Notes under the pieces: generated by a model
Database searches by the model: none
Told to the model about the DNA's origin: nothing
Seen by the model: the letters and a program-made list of their open reading frames with translations, nothing else
Shown: positions 46,516-57,073 of the stretch, piece by piece
Layout of the letters: every line of letters begins with the position of its first letter
Position numbering within the stretch: position 1 is the stretch's first letter
Position numbers and translations under genes: made by a program
Source: Burkholderiales bacterium
GTDB lineage: Bacteria; Pseudomonadota; Gammaproteobacteria; Burkholderiales; Usitatibacteraceae
Assembly: GCA_031431435.1 (NCBI GenBank)
Contig: JANPDI010000119.1
Location: 2,615-66,614 of the forward strand
Reading direction: 5' to 3'
Length of the DNA stretch: 64,000 nt

Positions 46516-47640
46516 TTATTGATTTGTGGCAAGGAAATTGCGAATGGCACGCCGGTCAATGCCGCCGTCAACACGTGACTTGCCTAGCGCGTCAAGCAGG
46601 ATCAGGCGGATGACACCGTCTTCATTTTTCTTGTCCCGCGACATATGGTCGAGCATAACCTCCGACCCGATTGGCGGCATTTTCACCGGCAGTCCGGCCC
46701 GCTCAATCATGGCGATGATGCGGTTACCCGTCGCCGCGTCGATTTGACCCAACGCTAGTGAAAACCTTGTCGCCATTGCCATTCCGCATCCGACTGCTTC
46801 GCCATGCAGCCAGACGCCATAACCCAGCGCCGTCTCAATGGCGTGGCCAAACGTGTGGCCAAAATTCAACAGCGCCCGGCCGCCGTTGGTTTCGTATTCG
46901 TCGGCGGCGACAACCGCCGCCTTGATTTCGCAGGATCGGCGGATGGCGGTAGCAAGCACGCTTGGGTCACGCTGATTCAACAGGTTGAGATTGGCCTCGA
47001 TCCAGTCGAAAAATTCCGCGTCCAACGCGACGCCATATTTGATGATCTCCGCCATGCCCGACCGGTATTCGCGTGCCGGCAAAGTTGCAAGTGTATTGGT
47101 ATCGATCATCACCATCCGTGGCTGATAGAACGCGCCAATCATATTCTTTCCCAACGGATGGTTGATTGCGGTCTTGCCGCCGACCGACGAATCGACCTGT
47201 GCCAGCAGGGTTGTCGGCACCTGGATAAACGGCACGCCGCGCTGGTAGGTCGCGGCAGCAAAGCCAACCATATCGCCGATCACCCCGCCGCCTAACGCAA
47301 CCAGCAGGGTCTTTCGGTCACAGGCGCGCGCGAGCAAGGCGTCAAAAATGATATTCAACGTATGCCAATCTTTATGCACCTCGCCATCGGGTAAATCAAT
47401 CCGGACCACGTCGGCACCGGCTTTGCTGAGCCGTTGAGCGAGATCGTCGCCATACAAAGGGGAAACCAGCGTGTTTGACACAACCACAATGCGTGAGCCG
47501 GCAGCCAGCCGCAGAATCGCCGAGACATCACCCAGCAGTCCCGCGCCGATCGCGATGTCATAACTTCGCCCGCCAAGCTGGACTTGCAGCCTGGCTTCTG
47601 CCGCGGGCACCGTGGGATGGCTGGGGTTCGGCTGGTTCAT
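46516..47640 (-). CDS. aroB: 3-dehydroquinate synthase
   Basis: It has GGGVIGDMVGFAAATYQRGVPFIQVPTTLLAQVDSSVGGKTAINH..GHTFGHAIE. Confidence 0.95.
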   Translation of the reverse strand: MNQPNPSHPTVPAAEARLQVQLGGRSYDIAIGAGLLGDVSAILRLAAGSRIVVVSNTLVSPLYGDDLAQRLSKAGADVVRIDLPDGEVHKDWHTLNIIFDALLARACDRKTLLVALGGGVIGDMVGFAAATYQRGVPFIQVPTTLLAQVDSSVGGKTAINHPLGKNMIGAFYQPRMVMIDTNTLATLPAREYRSGMAEIIKYGVALDAEFFDWIEANLNLLNQRDPSVLATAIRRSCEIKAAVVAADEYETNGGRALLNFGHTFGHAIETALGYGVWLHGEAVGCGMAMATRFSLALGQIDAATGNRIIAMIERAGLPVKMPPIGSEVMLDHMSRDKKNEDGVIRLILLDALGKSRVDGGIDRRAIRNFLATNQ

Positions 47641-48230
47641 GCCTTTTTTACCGAGTTGTGCGTTGTATTTTTGGCCGCCGCCAAATCATTACCGGTCGCG
47701 GTGACGCGGGCAATTTCATCAGCTAATTCCTGCAAAAACTTCGACCGGTTGGTCTGGTTTGCATTCACCGTAATGTCGGCAATTTCATTGTATAGCGGTT
47801 CGCGCACAGCCAGCAGGTCGGCAAGCCGTTTGCGCACATCCGTATTTTCCAACAAAGGGCGTTTTTTGCGTTTGCCGGCGTCTTGTGATGTGCGTTGTAC
47901 CAGCACATCCAAGTCTGCCTTGAGATAAACAACAAGACCGCGAGACACCAGCGCGTTGCGGTTGTCGCCATTTAAAATCGCACCGCCGCCGGTGGCCATC
48001 ACGATTCCGGCCTGACGGGTCAGCTCGGCGATGATTGCCGACTCACGTTGGCGAAAGCCGGCCTCACCCTCGATTTCAAAAATGGTCGCAATACCAACGC
48101 CGTTGCGACTGACAATTTCATCGTCACTGTCGACAAATGGCAACCCGAGCAATTTTGCCAGCGCCTTGCCGACGGTACTTTTTCCGGCACCGGGCATGCC
48201 AATGAGAAAAATATTCTGATGTTGGGACAT
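47637..48230 (-). CDS. aroK: Shikimate kinase
   Basis: A start at M31 gives MSQHQNIFLIGMPGAGKSTVGKALAKLLGLPFVDSD. It overlaps the aroB start. Confidence 0.92.
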   Translation of the reverse strand: MSQHQNIFLIGMPGAGKSTVGKALAKLLGLPFVDSDDEIVSRNGVGIATIFEIEGEAGFRQRESAIIAELTRQAGIVMATGGGAILNGDNRNALVSRGLVVYLKADLDVLVQRTSQDAGKRKKRPLLENTDVRKRLADLLAVREPLYNEIADITVNANQTNRSKFLQELADEIARVTATGNDLAAAKNTTHNSVKKA

Positions 48231-48335
48231 ATTGGAAAAGCGATTCTGGCATCCCTCTGGCCGCCAACAGATTTGACCGGAAAATGAAACGGGGCACCGC
48301 AGGTGCCCCGTCAATTGCAAAGTGCGCGGCGCCCG

Positions 48336-50465
48336 CTAACGAACGTTTAGCTGGTCCTTGATGATTCGCGGCGTGATAAAAATTAGCAGCTCGGTTTTCT
48401 CGTCGCGTTTGCGTGTCGACTTGAATAGATTTCCCAGAATTGGAATATCACCAATCAATGGCACCTTGGTCACGTCGGTTCTTGTCGTCTGCTCGTAGAT
48501 TCCGCCCAATACGATTGTCTCACCATTCTCGGCAAGCACCTGCGTCTTGAGTGTGCGGGTATCGATTGACGGGATACCACCAAATGACGCACCGACGGCA
48601 TCCTTCTTGATTTCAATATCCATGATGACCTTGTCATCTGGCGTGATTTGCGGCGTGACGTCCAGCGACAAGACGGCAGGTTTAAATTGGGTCGTGGTTC
48701 CGCCGCTGGCCGCCTGGGTCTGGAATGGAATCTCGGTACCTTGGGTAATGGTCGCCTTGCGCTTGTCAGCAGTGACAATTCGGGGATTCGATACGATCTT
48801 GCCCCTGTTGTCGGCTTCCAATGCGGAAAGTTCGAGGTTAACCACATTGCCATTACCCAAATTCAGAAAGGTCAGGCCGAGTGCGCCACCACCGGCAATC
48901 GGGAGATTCAAGTTGAGATCGCCCAGTGACGCCGCACTGGTTGAGGTGCCGCGGGCGATACTGTTTGATTGGCCAATGTTGCCACCAACACCAATGTTTC
49001 GACCACTGGCGGTTGCGCCGGCGCCGGTGCCAAAACGCGCACCCAATTCGCGCCGGAAGTTGTCGTCAGCCGTGACGATTCGCGCCTCAATCAGCACTTG
49101 CCGCACCGGGATATCGAGTTGGGCAAGCAGGCGGCGAACATCATCAAGACGTGACGGCACGTCTTGCACAAACATTGTGTTTGTTCGCGGGTCAACTGTT
49201 GCCGAGCCCCGCTTGGACAGAATCTTCTGCTGGCCGTCGCTCAACAGTGAACGAACGTCGCTTGCCTTGGCGTACGACAGGACAAAGCTTTCGGTGCGAA
49301 GCGGTTCAAGTTCGGTGGTTTGCTGGGCAATTTCGAGGGCAAGTTTTTCCTGGGTTGCCAATTCATCCGACGGCGCAATCAGCACCACGTTTCCGTTTTT
49401 GCGCTTGGATAAACCCTTCGACTGCAGGATGATGTCGAGCGCCTGATCCCAAGGCACGTCTTTTAACCGCAGCGTCAAACTGCCGCCAACCGTATCGCGG
49501 GTAATGATGTTCAGTCCTGTGAAATCCGCGATCACCTGCAATACCGCGCGAACTTCAATGTTCTGGAAATTCAGCGAGAGCTTCTCGCCGTTATAGCCGG
49601 TTCCCTGCACCAGTTTGTTTGGATCATCCTTCAGTTGCTTGATCTCAACAATAAACTGGGTGTCGGTTTGGTACGCAGAGTATTCCCAATTTCCACGCGG
49701 CTCGATCATCATGCGGGTGTTGGCACCCTGATCGATCAAATCAACGGTACGCACCGGCGTCGCAAAATCAAGCACATCAAGACGGCGAATCAGGTTGCGC
49801 GGCGCGGTTGTATTGACAAAATCGACGATGACTAGTTTTCCCTGCTGGCGGATGTCGATCCCGGTCGTCGCTGACGACAAGTCAACAATCACGCGGCCCT
49901 CGCCATTGCTGCCGCGACGAAAATCAACATCGCGAATAGCAAAACGGGTGGATGTTGTCGTCGGTGTTGGTTCGGCAAAACGCGTGACCTGCGCGGTCTC
50001 TTTTAACGCGCTCTGGCTAATTCCATCGATGGCAAGCACCAGTGAATTACCCTCAAGCGTTGGCGCATACGACAATGCCCTTGAAAGATTAATGACAAGT
50101 CTGGTGCGGTTGCCCGCCTCAACCACATTTACGGTTCGAACATCGCCCTGGCTGATGTCAACCACGGTTTTTCCGGAGCCGTTGGTCACGTTGGGCAGGT
50201 CGATTGCGATACGCGCCGGGTTTGTGACTGTGAAGCCGTTTGGAATTGCGTCCAACGGCGACTTGAAGTTAACGCGAACCACAACCTTTCCCCCCTGCTG
50301 GGTGGAGGCGGTAATGGATTCGAGTGCATTCTTATCCTGCGCGTTGACTTGCGCGCTCAGCGGCATAAGCAGCAACAGGCCTGCGACGGCGCGCACCATT
50401 GCAGATTTGATGAAACTCATCAATACCGGCAATCGGAACGTGGATAAAATCGATTTGGCATGCAT
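48336..50465 (-). CDS. pilQ: Type IV pilus secretin PilQ
   Basis: It has AMIN-like N-terminal repeats and a secretin C-terminal domain (..IVLGGIYEQ...T..KVPLIGDIPILGNLFK......ELLIFITPRII). It is the last gene of the pilMNOPQ order. The start could instead be M16 (50420). Confidence 0.92.
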   Translation of the reverse strand: MHAKSILSTFRLPVLMSFIKSAMVRAVAGLLLLMPLSAQVNAQDKNALESITASTQQGGKVVVRVNFKSPLDAIPNGFTVTNPARIAIDLPNVTNGSGKTVVDISQGDVRTVNVVEAGNRTRLVINLSRALSYAPTLEGNSLVLAIDGISQSALKETAQVTRFAEPTPTTTSTRFAIRDVDFRRGSNGEGRVIVDLSSATTGIDIRQQGKLVIVDFVNTTAPRNLIRRLDVLDFATPVRTVDLIDQGANTRMMIEPRGNWEYSAYQTDTQFIVEIKQLKDDPNKLVQGTGYNGEKLSLNFQNIEVRAVLQVIADFTGLNIITRDTVGGSLTLRLKDVPWDQALDIILQSKGLSKRKNGNVVLIAPSDELATQEKLALEIAQQTTELEPLRTESFVLSYAKASDVRSLLSDGQQKILSKRGSATVDPRTNTMFVQDVPSRLDDVRRLLAQLDIPVRQVLIEARIVTADDNFRRELGARFGTGAGATASGRNIGVGGNIGQSNSIARGTSTSAASLGDLNLNLPIAGGGALGLTFLNLGNGNVVNLELSALEADNRGKIVSNPRIVTADKRKATITQGTEIPFQTQAASGGTTTQFKPAVLSLDVTPQITPDDKVIMDIEIKKDAVGASFGGIPSIDTRTLKTQVLAENGETIVLGGIYEQTTRTDVTKVPLIGDIPILGNLFKSTRKRDEKTELLIFITPRIIKDQLNVR

Positions 50466-50467
50466 AA

Positions 50468-51001
50468 CTATTTTCCTCCCGGCGCAGGGCCTTCGAGCAA
50501 CGGCAGTACGCTTTCGCGTTCCGCCCAGTCGCCCGCCGTGTCTTGCACGATTTCTTTAAGTTTGATTTCGGAATCTGTTATATCGACGATCAAGCCAAAG
50601 TTCTGACCGAGGTAATTGCCTTTTTTAACCCGATAAACGGTCTTTTCAGCGCGCACAAGTGCATAAGTGGAACCAGCTTGTGTCAATGTGCCAACAAACT
50701 TCAGTTGCTCCAGCGAGAAAACTTCCAGCGGCTCTTTGCGCCGGTTCAAATCCGGTGCGTTGGCGCCGGCGTTGTCTTGCTTGATTGCCAATTTGCGCGG
50801 CTTAAAGGGGTCCGGCAGGTCAAAACCCTCATAGGCAAAAGGCGTGAATGGTTTGACCTGCGGCAGCGCCTCGATCTTGCGCGGAACATTTTTTTCTGAC
50901 TCTTTGACAAAGGTCCTCAAGTCTGAAAACCCCTCGCCGCAACCGGCCAGAATCAAAAGCGGCAAAAATGAAAAGAATAATCTTGCGAACGGGATGCGCA
51001 T
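50468..51001 (-). CDS. pilP: Type IV pilus lipoprotein PilP
   Basis: It has a lipobox (LILAGC) and the conserved segment ..LEQLKFVGTLTQAGSTYALVRAEKTVYRVKKGNYLGQNFG.I..I. Confidence 0.85.
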   Translation of the reverse strand: MRIPFARLFFSFLPLLILAGCGEGFSDLRTFVKESEKNVPRKIEALPQVKPFTPFAYEGFDLPDPFKPRKLAIKQDNAGANAPDLNRRKEPLEVFSLEQLKFVGTLTQAGSTYALVRAEKTVYRVKKGNYLGQNFGLIVDITDSEIKLKEIVQDTAGDWAERESVLPLLEGPAPGGK

Positions 51002-51003
51002 AT

Positions 51004-51669
51004 TTATTTGCCCCCCGGTTTCGCCGCACCGCCGGCTTTGGCACCCGCGGCGGTCTTGCGTTGCGACGCGATTTCTTCCGGATCGAGGTAGCGATAGGTC
51101 TTCGCTTTGGCTTCCATCGACAATAAACCGTCGCGAATATTTTCGATTTTTAAATCATTGAGCAGCACGATACGTGGCAGTTTCGACACGTCGCTGGCGA
51201 ATGCCCCAAGATCGTGATAATTGCCAGTCACCTTGAGGTCGACCGGCTTCTCTGCGTAGAACTCGGTAAATACCTCATTTTGCGCCGGCTTAAAAAGCTC
51301 GAATTGCAACCCACGCCCCAACCCGGCAGAGTTGATATCGATGATGAGCGCCTCGATCTCGGACTTGGTCGGCAATTGTTTCAACAGCGCGCCAAACGAC
51401 TGCTCGATATCGGCCCTTTGCTGCTGGTATGCCTCGAGATTAACCGCGAGTTTCTTCTTTTCCAGGAACGTCGTCTTAAGGTCGGTTTCTTTTTTCTCTT
51501 CTTTGTCGAGCTCGGCGCGTTGTGCGTCAAACAGCAAAAACCATGCGCCGACAAAAATACCCGCAAATAGGAGAATAAAAGCGCCTACCTTAAACAGCCA
51601 GGGCCAGTTACCTGGATTTTTGGGGTCAAGCTGTTTGAGTTCCTCAATCCATTTATTCAGCGCGTTCAT
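51004..51669 (-). CDS. pilO: Type IV pilus assembly protein PilO
   Basis: It has a single TM (PWLFKVGAFILLFAGIFVGAWFLLF), a coiled coil and a ferredoxin-like C-terminus. Its position lies between pilN and pilP. Confidence 0.85.
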   Translation of the reverse strand: MNALNKWIEELKQLDPKNPGNWPWLFKVGAFILLFAGIFVGAWFLLFDAQRAELDKEEKKETDLKTTFLEKKKLAVNLEAYQQQRADIEQSFGALLKQLPTKSEIEALIIDINSAGLGRGLQFELFKPAQNEVFTEFYAEKPVDLKVTGNYHDLGAFASDVSKLPRIVLLNDLKIENIRDGLLSMEAKAKTYRYLDPEEIASQRKTAAGAKAGGAAKPGGK

Positions 51670-52286
51670 GCTTTTTTCTCCGCGGCCTTGGCCGGCCCGC
51701 CTGGCGCGGCTTTTCCAGGCACGCCGCCCTTGGCGCCATCCGCCTTGGCGCGTTTGACGAAGAAATCGAGGTTGAACTCGTTGGCACGAACCTGATTTAC
51801 CATCACGGCTTTGATCTCAATCAGGTTGGGGTTTTCCAGAAATGGCGACGCTTCAATGTTGCGCATAAAAGCGGATACGCGCGCCTGTGATTGTGTGTAC
51901 CCGGTCACATTTATCTTGTTACCGGTTTGCTTGATTGACTTCAAATACAGGCCCTCTGGAAGCTGCCGAAGCATTTGATCCAGTAGCTGGACTGGTTCTG
52001 AACGATTCAGCTGGAGCCCTTCAACGACCTGCTTTTTGGCCAGCAATGATGCTGTTTCTTCACGGATCTTCCGAATCTCTTCAATTTGTTTGTCCAGTTT
52101 TGCAATCTCGTCGCCCAAATAGCGGTTTCGGCCTTTCTGGTTGTCGACTTGCGCGGCAAACACCGTCCAAAGTAAACCGACGATGGCGAGCGCCAGCACC
52201 GCGGTAACCCCGGCAAGTATGGCGAACTGCTGTTGTCGCGCCTTACGGCGGACTTCGCGGTGGGGGAGTAGGTTAACGCGAATCAT
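51666..52286 (-). CDS. pilN: Type IV pilus assembly protein PilN
   Basis: MIRVNLLPHREVRRKARQQQF is the canonical PilN N-terminus, followed by a TM. Confidence 0.9.
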   Translation of the reverse strand: MIRVNLLPHREVRRKARQQQFAILAGVTAVLALAIVGLLWTVFAAQVDNQKGRNRYLGDEIAKLDKQIEEIRKIREETASLLAKKQVVEGLQLNRSEPVQLLDQMLRQLPEGLYLKSIKQTGNKINVTGYTQSQARVSAFMRNIEASPFLENPNLIEIKAVMVNQVRANEFNLDFFVKRAKADGAKGGVPGKAAPGGPAKAAEKKA

Positions 52287-53380
52287 GAAGGGTCAAACCT
52301 CCGCATCGCCAGGCCGCAGGCGATCATCAACGCGGGCGCATCAACCGTCAATTGGCGCGGCTTTATTTTTGGCGATAGCGCCATATTGGCAAACGGGTTT
52401 GCCACCACGGTGTGAACCTGGGTGCGTTGGGCAACCATGTCCTCCAGGCCGTCAAGCATCGCACAACCACCACATAAAACAATATGATCGACCTTGTTGA
52501 ACTGGGTCGATGTAAAGAAGAATTGCAGCGCCCGCGAAATTTCCAGAACGATTTTTTCGTTGAACGGATGCAGCACATCGGGGCCATAGTTTTCCGGCAG
52601 TCCGCCGGCTTTTTTGGCGACCTCGGCCTCTTCGACCGGCATCCCGAATTGACGGGAAATATCCTGGGTCAATTGATATCCGCCAAGTTGCTGCTCACGC
52701 GAATAGACTTGCTGGTCTTCGGCCATCACCGTCACGCGGGTGGTCTGCGCACCAATGTCGATAATCGCCGTAACGTCCTTGTCTTTGATACCGGTTGCAT
52801 TGCCCTTGATCATGTCAAAGGCGGCAAGTGAAGCGTAAGACTCCACATCCATGACGGTTGTTTTTAATCCGGCCGCCTCGGCAACAGCAACTCGATCTTC
52901 GATTTTTTCTTTTCTTGACGCCGCAATCAGCACTTCAACCTCGGTTTCGCTGTTGGGCGCGGGTCCGATGACCTGAAAGTCAAGATTGACTTCATCAAGA
53001 CTGAAAGGGATGTACTGGTTGGCTTCGGACTGAACCTGAAACTCCATATCCTCTTCACGCTGATTGGCCGCCAGTAACACCTTCTTGGTAATTACCGCTG
53101 CCGACGGCAGCGCCAGCGCGATGTTCTTTATCCGCGTGCCCAGTTGCTTGTGGGCGCGTTTCATCACCTCACCGGCAGCTTCAATATTGGCAATGTTGCC
53201 GTCCGAAACAGTATCGCGGGGCAACGGCTCGATCACGTATCGTTCGACGCGATACAGCCCCTTTCCGGCTTCGACAATTTCAACCATCTTGATAAACGAC
53301 GAACTGATGTCGACCCCGACCAGCGGCGGCGTCTTTGCCCGAAGGAATTCAAACTGATCCGCCAGTTTTTCTTTAAGCAT
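52283..53380 (-). CDS. pilM: Type IV pilus assembly ATPase-fold protein PilM
   Basis: It has an actin-like fold (LVGVDISSSFIKMVEI..IIDIGAQTT..LCGGCA) and heads the pilMNOPQ operon. Confidence 0.92.
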   Translation of the reverse strand: MLKEKLADQFEFLRAKTPPLVGVDISSSFIKMVEIVEAGKGLYRVERYVIEPLPRDTVSDGNIANIEAAGEVMKRAHKQLGTRIKNIALALPSAAVITKKVLLAANQREEDMEFQVQSEANQYIPFSLDEVNLDFQVIGPAPNSETEVEVLIAASRKEKIEDRVAVAEAAGLKTTVMDVESYASLAAFDMIKGNATGIKDKDVTAIIDIGAQTTRVTVMAEDQQVYSREQQLGGYQLTQDISRQFGMPVEEAEVAKKAGGLPENYGPDVLHPFNEKIVLEISRALQFFFTSTQFNKVDHIVLCGGCAMLDGLEDMVAQRTQVHTVVANPFANMALSPKIKPRQLTVDAPALMIACGLAMRRFDPS

Positions 53381-53806
53381 GGAAGGTTACGCCTTCGAGT
53401 GGACGCGGGTTTCACCCCGACGCTAAACAGTCTATTTAGAACTTTTTGTATTGCGTTGCCAAGGACATGCTGGAAAAAACATACCCCAAAACACATACCA
53501 AACATTAAATCAGTGCACTAAACCGGCTTCATTACAAACAACTTTATACAATTTACATTAAATCCTAGCAACAAGTAACGGACGTGTAAAGCATTTTTTT
53601 GAAATCCGCCCCTTTTGCGACATGCCAAAATATACGCTGTTGACCCCATTTTCGGCAAGGTTTGTTCGTGTCATGCCTATGATAGACCCATCCCAGCTGC
53701 CCCAATCTTGCCACTTTTGGCCGACTTCTGACCATTTCGACTTGGGGGGTGCCGATATAATCAACCCGCCAACACGATGATTGGCGTTTCCTGGATTCGA
53801 GTACAC

Positions 53807-56143
53807 ATGGTGCTTCGCTGGTGGTTTTATCCCCTTATTTTGCTGGGCTCTCTCATTTTGGCGGCGGTTGGCGTGGTGGCTCTAACGCTGGCACTGCTGT
53901 ATCCGAACCTGCCTTCGATTGATGCTGTCACCGACTACCGTCCCAAATTGCCGCTCAAGGTGTTCACCGCGGAAGGGGATTTAATCGGCGAGTTTGGCGA
54001 GGAAAAACGCTCTTTTGTGAAGGTTGGCGATTTCCCTGAGGTGATGAAGCAGGCTATTTTGGCTGCCGAAGACGAGCGCTTTTACCAGCACGGTGGCGTC
54101 GACTATATCGGCCTGACAAGGGCGGCAACGGCGATCTTGGCATCTGGAAAGATCAAGGGTGGCGCATCTACCATCACCCAACAGGTGGCGAGAAATTTCT
54201 TTCTGACCAACGAACAAACTCCCACGCGCAAAATGTCGGAGTGGTTGCTCGCTTATAAGATTGAGGCCAATCTCTCTAAGGATCAGATTTTTGAAATCTA
54301 TCTGAATCATATTTTTCTGGGCAATCGCGCACATGGGTTTGCGGCGGCCAGCCGGGTCTATTACAACAAGGATGTCAGTCAGATTAGCGCGGCCGAGGCG
54401 GCCATGCTGGCCGGTCTACCCAAGGCACCTTCGTTATATAACCCATTTAATAATCTCAAGCGGGCGACCCTCCGGCAACAGTACGTGCTCCGACGGATGG
54501 GCGAACTCAATTTCCTTGATGAGGCCAAGCTTGCCGCTGCGCGTGCCGAAATATTGAAATTCAACCGGGACCGCACGATGTACCCCGTCAATGCGGAATA
54601 TGTTGCCGAAATGGCGCGCCAAGAGGTCTTTGAACAATATGGGGAAAAGGCGTACGTGAGCGGGATTCGTGTCTATACGACGATTCGGCGCGCAGACCAA
54701 GAGTCTGCAACATCAGGATTGCGCAAAGGTGTGCTTGAGTATGACCGTCGGCACGGATACCGCGGGCCGGAAGGGTATGTCAACCTGCCTGACGCCAAGA
54801 ACAATCGGGATGAAATTGACGAGGCCATCGAAGAGGCGCTATCGACCAAGGACATTGTCGGCGAACTGATGCCGGCGGTGATTACCGACATCGACGCGAA
54901 ACAAGTGATCGCACTGACGAAGCGCGCTGAAACCATTTCCCTCACCGGCGATGCGCTCAAGTTCGCGGTTCGCGCAATGGCGGAAAAAGCCGGACCTGTC
55001 AAACTGAAACGGGGCTCGATAATCCGCATCGGCCAGGATGAGAAGGGTGCACCGGCAATCGCCCAATTGCCAAAAGTCGAGGCGGGGTTTGTATCGATCG
55101 ATCCGCTTGATGGTGGTGTCAGGGCGCTCGCGGGCGGGTTTGATTTCACGGCGAACAAATTCAACCATGTCACACAGGCGATGAGGCAGCCGGGTTCGTC
55201 GTTCAAGCCGTTTGTTTATTCTGCGGCGCTCGAGAAGGGCTTTACGCCGGCGACCATCATCAACGATGCGCCAATTGTTTTTGATCCCGGTCGCAATGGC
55301 GGACAAATTTGGGAGCCCAAGAACTACGACGGGAAGTATGAGGGCCCCATGCGTTTGCGGCAGGCGCTGGCAAAGTCCAAAAACATGGTGTCGATTCGAA
55401 TTTTGCAAGCCATCACACCGCAATATGCTCAGGACTACATCACGCGTTTCGGATTTGATGCAAAACAGCACCCGGCGTATCTCACAATGGCGCTGGGGGC
55501 CGGCTCGACCACACCACTGCAAATGGCCGGCGCGTACAGCGTGTTTATCAATGGCGGTTTCCGGATCAAACCCTATTTCATCACCAAGATTACCGACGAC
55601 AAGGGTGCCGTCTTGTTTACCGCGCTGCCTGAACGCGCCACCACCGACGAGTCCGCCGTCAAAACCGCCGAACGCGTGATCGACCCCCGCAACGCCTTCA
55701 TCATGACATCACTGATGCGTGACGTCGTGCGATACGGGACCGGCGCGCGCGCCATGAGTTTGGGGCGCAATGATTTGGGTGGCAAGACCGGTACGACCAA
55801 CGACCATTACGATGCGTGGTTTGCCGGTTTCAGTTCGACCCAGGTGGGCATTGCCTGGATCGGCTTTGACAACCCGGCGGACCTCGGAAACAACGAAACT
55901 GGCGGACAGGCAGCATTGCCAATCTGGATGCACTACATGGCACGTTCAATGAAAGGCGTAAAACAAAACGACTTTGTGCCGCCAGACGGAATTGTCAACG
56001 TCGCCATTGGCGGTGAAGGTAAAGATGGCGCGCCTCTCAGTGAGTTTGTTTATGCCGAAAATGCCGGCAATGTTGGCAATGCCCCGGCAGCACTGCGTGA
56101 AGCCAACAAGCCGTCAGAAGAAGTCAAGAATCAGATTTTCTAA
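53807..56143 (+). CDS. mrcA: Penicillin-binding protein 1A (bifunctional glycosyltransferase/transpeptidase)
   Basis: It has the GT51 motifs (AAEDERFYQHGGVD, GASTITQQVARN, RKMSEWLLAYKIE) and the TPase motifs SSFKP, SKN and KTGTTN. It is divergent from pilM, as in many proteobacteria. Confidence 0.93.
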   Translation: MVLRWWFYPLILLGSLILAAVGVVALTLALLYPNLPSIDAVTDYRPKLPLKVFTAEGDLIGEFGEEKRSFVKVGDFPEVMKQAILAAEDERFYQHGGVDYIGLTRAATAILASGKIKGGASTITQQVARNFFLTNEQTPTRKMSEWLLAYKIEANLSKDQIFEIYLNHIFLGNRAHGFAAASRVYYNKDVSQISAAEAAMLAGLPKAPSLYNPFNNLKRATLRQQYVLRRMGELNFLDEAKLAAARAEILKFNRDRTMYPVNAEYVAEMARQEVFEQYGEKAYVSGIRVYTTIRRADQESATSGLRKGVLEYDRRHGYRGPEGYVNLPDAKNNRDEIDEAIEEALSTKDIVGELMPAVITDIDAKQVIALTKRAETISLTGDALKFAVRAMAEKAGPVKLKRGSIIRIGQDEKGAPAIAQLPKVEAGFVSIDPLDGGVRALAGGFDFTANKFNHVTQAMRQPGSSFKPFVYSAALEKGFTPATIINDAPIVFDPGRNGGQIWEPKNYDGKYEGPMRLRQALAKSKNMVSIRILQAITPQYAQDYITRFGFDAKQHPAYLTMALGAGSTTPLQMAGAYSVFINGGFRIKPYFITKITDDKGAVLFTALPERATTDESAVKTAERVIDPRNAFIMTSLMRDVVRYGTGARAMSLGRNDLGGKTGTTNDHYDAWFAGFSSTQVGIAWIGFDNPADLGNNETGGQAALPIWMHYMARSMKGVKQNDFVPPDGIVNVAIGGEGKDGAPLSEFVYAENAGNVGNAPAALREANKPSEEVKNQIF

Positions 56144-56150
56144 CCGCATC

Positions 56151-56966
56151 ATGCCAGCACATCCAACCCGGCGGCGCCGCGCGACAACTGCAACATCATT
56201 GCCCATTGACATGTGGACGGCCCCGACTGAACCGGCACCCGCACCGAATGCGCCTGCCGCGCGGCGCCCGGAAAAAAGTGCTGTGCACGGCAACGAAACG
56301 CTGCGCCGGGCCATTGCGCGGCAGGCGGCACGGCTGATCGACGAAGGCCAGATTGATTACCACGCTGCCAAAGTCAAGGCGGCAAAGGCGCTGGGGGCCG
56401 AGTCAACGGGACACAACGCGCTACCGGACAATGCCGAAATCGAGGCGGCGCTGCGTGAACATCAGGCGCTGTTTGCCGGGGAGACGCAGCGACAGGCGCT
56501 GAATGCGCTGCGCAAGGTTGCCTGCCAGAGCATGCGGTGGCTGGCTGATTTTGAGCCGTGGCTGACCGGCGGGGTGCTCAACGGCTCTGCCAATGAATAC
56601 AGTGCGGTCGAATTGGAATTGATCGGCGTTGAGGCAAAGTCGTTCGAGTTATTTTTGCTCGGCGAGGACCTCGATTTTGATATTCGCCCGCATCAGGCAC
56701 ACCGTGCTAGCCGCCGCGAACGTCATTCGCGCAAACGCAGCGTTAAGCCGCGGGATGTGGTCTCAGCCTATGCATACGAATTTTTCTTCGACGATGCGCC
56801 GGTTGAAATCACAATTTACGACAGTCATGCAGATCGCCAGGCAAAACACCCGCACAGCAGCGTCAAACACGAACGCGCTCAACTCAAAGAGGTCCTAAGG
56901 CGATTTGACGGCAATGAAAGAAAAACAGAAAGTCTAATTTCTGCGGTGCAATTGGGGCAGAAATGA
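56151..56966 (+). CDS. Conserved hypothetical protein
   Basis: An ATG at 56151 lies within ORF 55974-56966, just after the mrcA stop. This gives 271 aa. I recognise no family. Confidence 0.5.
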   Translation: MPAHPTRRRRATTATSLPIDMWTAPTEPAPAPNAPAARRPEKSAVHGNETLRRAIARQAARLIDEGQIDYHAAKVKAAKALGAESTGHNALPDNAEIEAALREHQALFAGETQRQALNALRKVACQSMRWLADFEPWLTGGVLNGSANEYSAVELELIGVEAKSFELFLLGEDLDFDIRPHQAHRASRRERHSRKRSVKPRDVVSAYAYEFFFDDAPVEITIYDSHADRQAKHPHSSVKHERAQLKEVLRRFDGNERKTESLISAVQLGQK

Positions 56967-57012
56967 CTGGTGAAGCCCGCGGATACTAGACTTTCATCGG
57001 TGCGGCATCGAG

Positions 57013-57036
57013 CCGGCCGTGGGCGCCGGTTTTTTT
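57013..57036 (+). terminator. Candidate rho-independent terminator
   Basis: A short GC stem (ccggc / gccgg) is followed by T7. Confidence 0.5.
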
Positions 57037-57073
57037 CACCCGCTTCAACAAGCTAAAGAGTAATCACCTGTCA

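Noticed and set aside
53756-53761. A TATAAT hexamer upstream of mrcA as a promoter call.
   Set aside because: No acceptable -35 hexamer lies at 16-18 bp spacing (ttcgac lies only 14 bp away). It is too weak to report as a feature.
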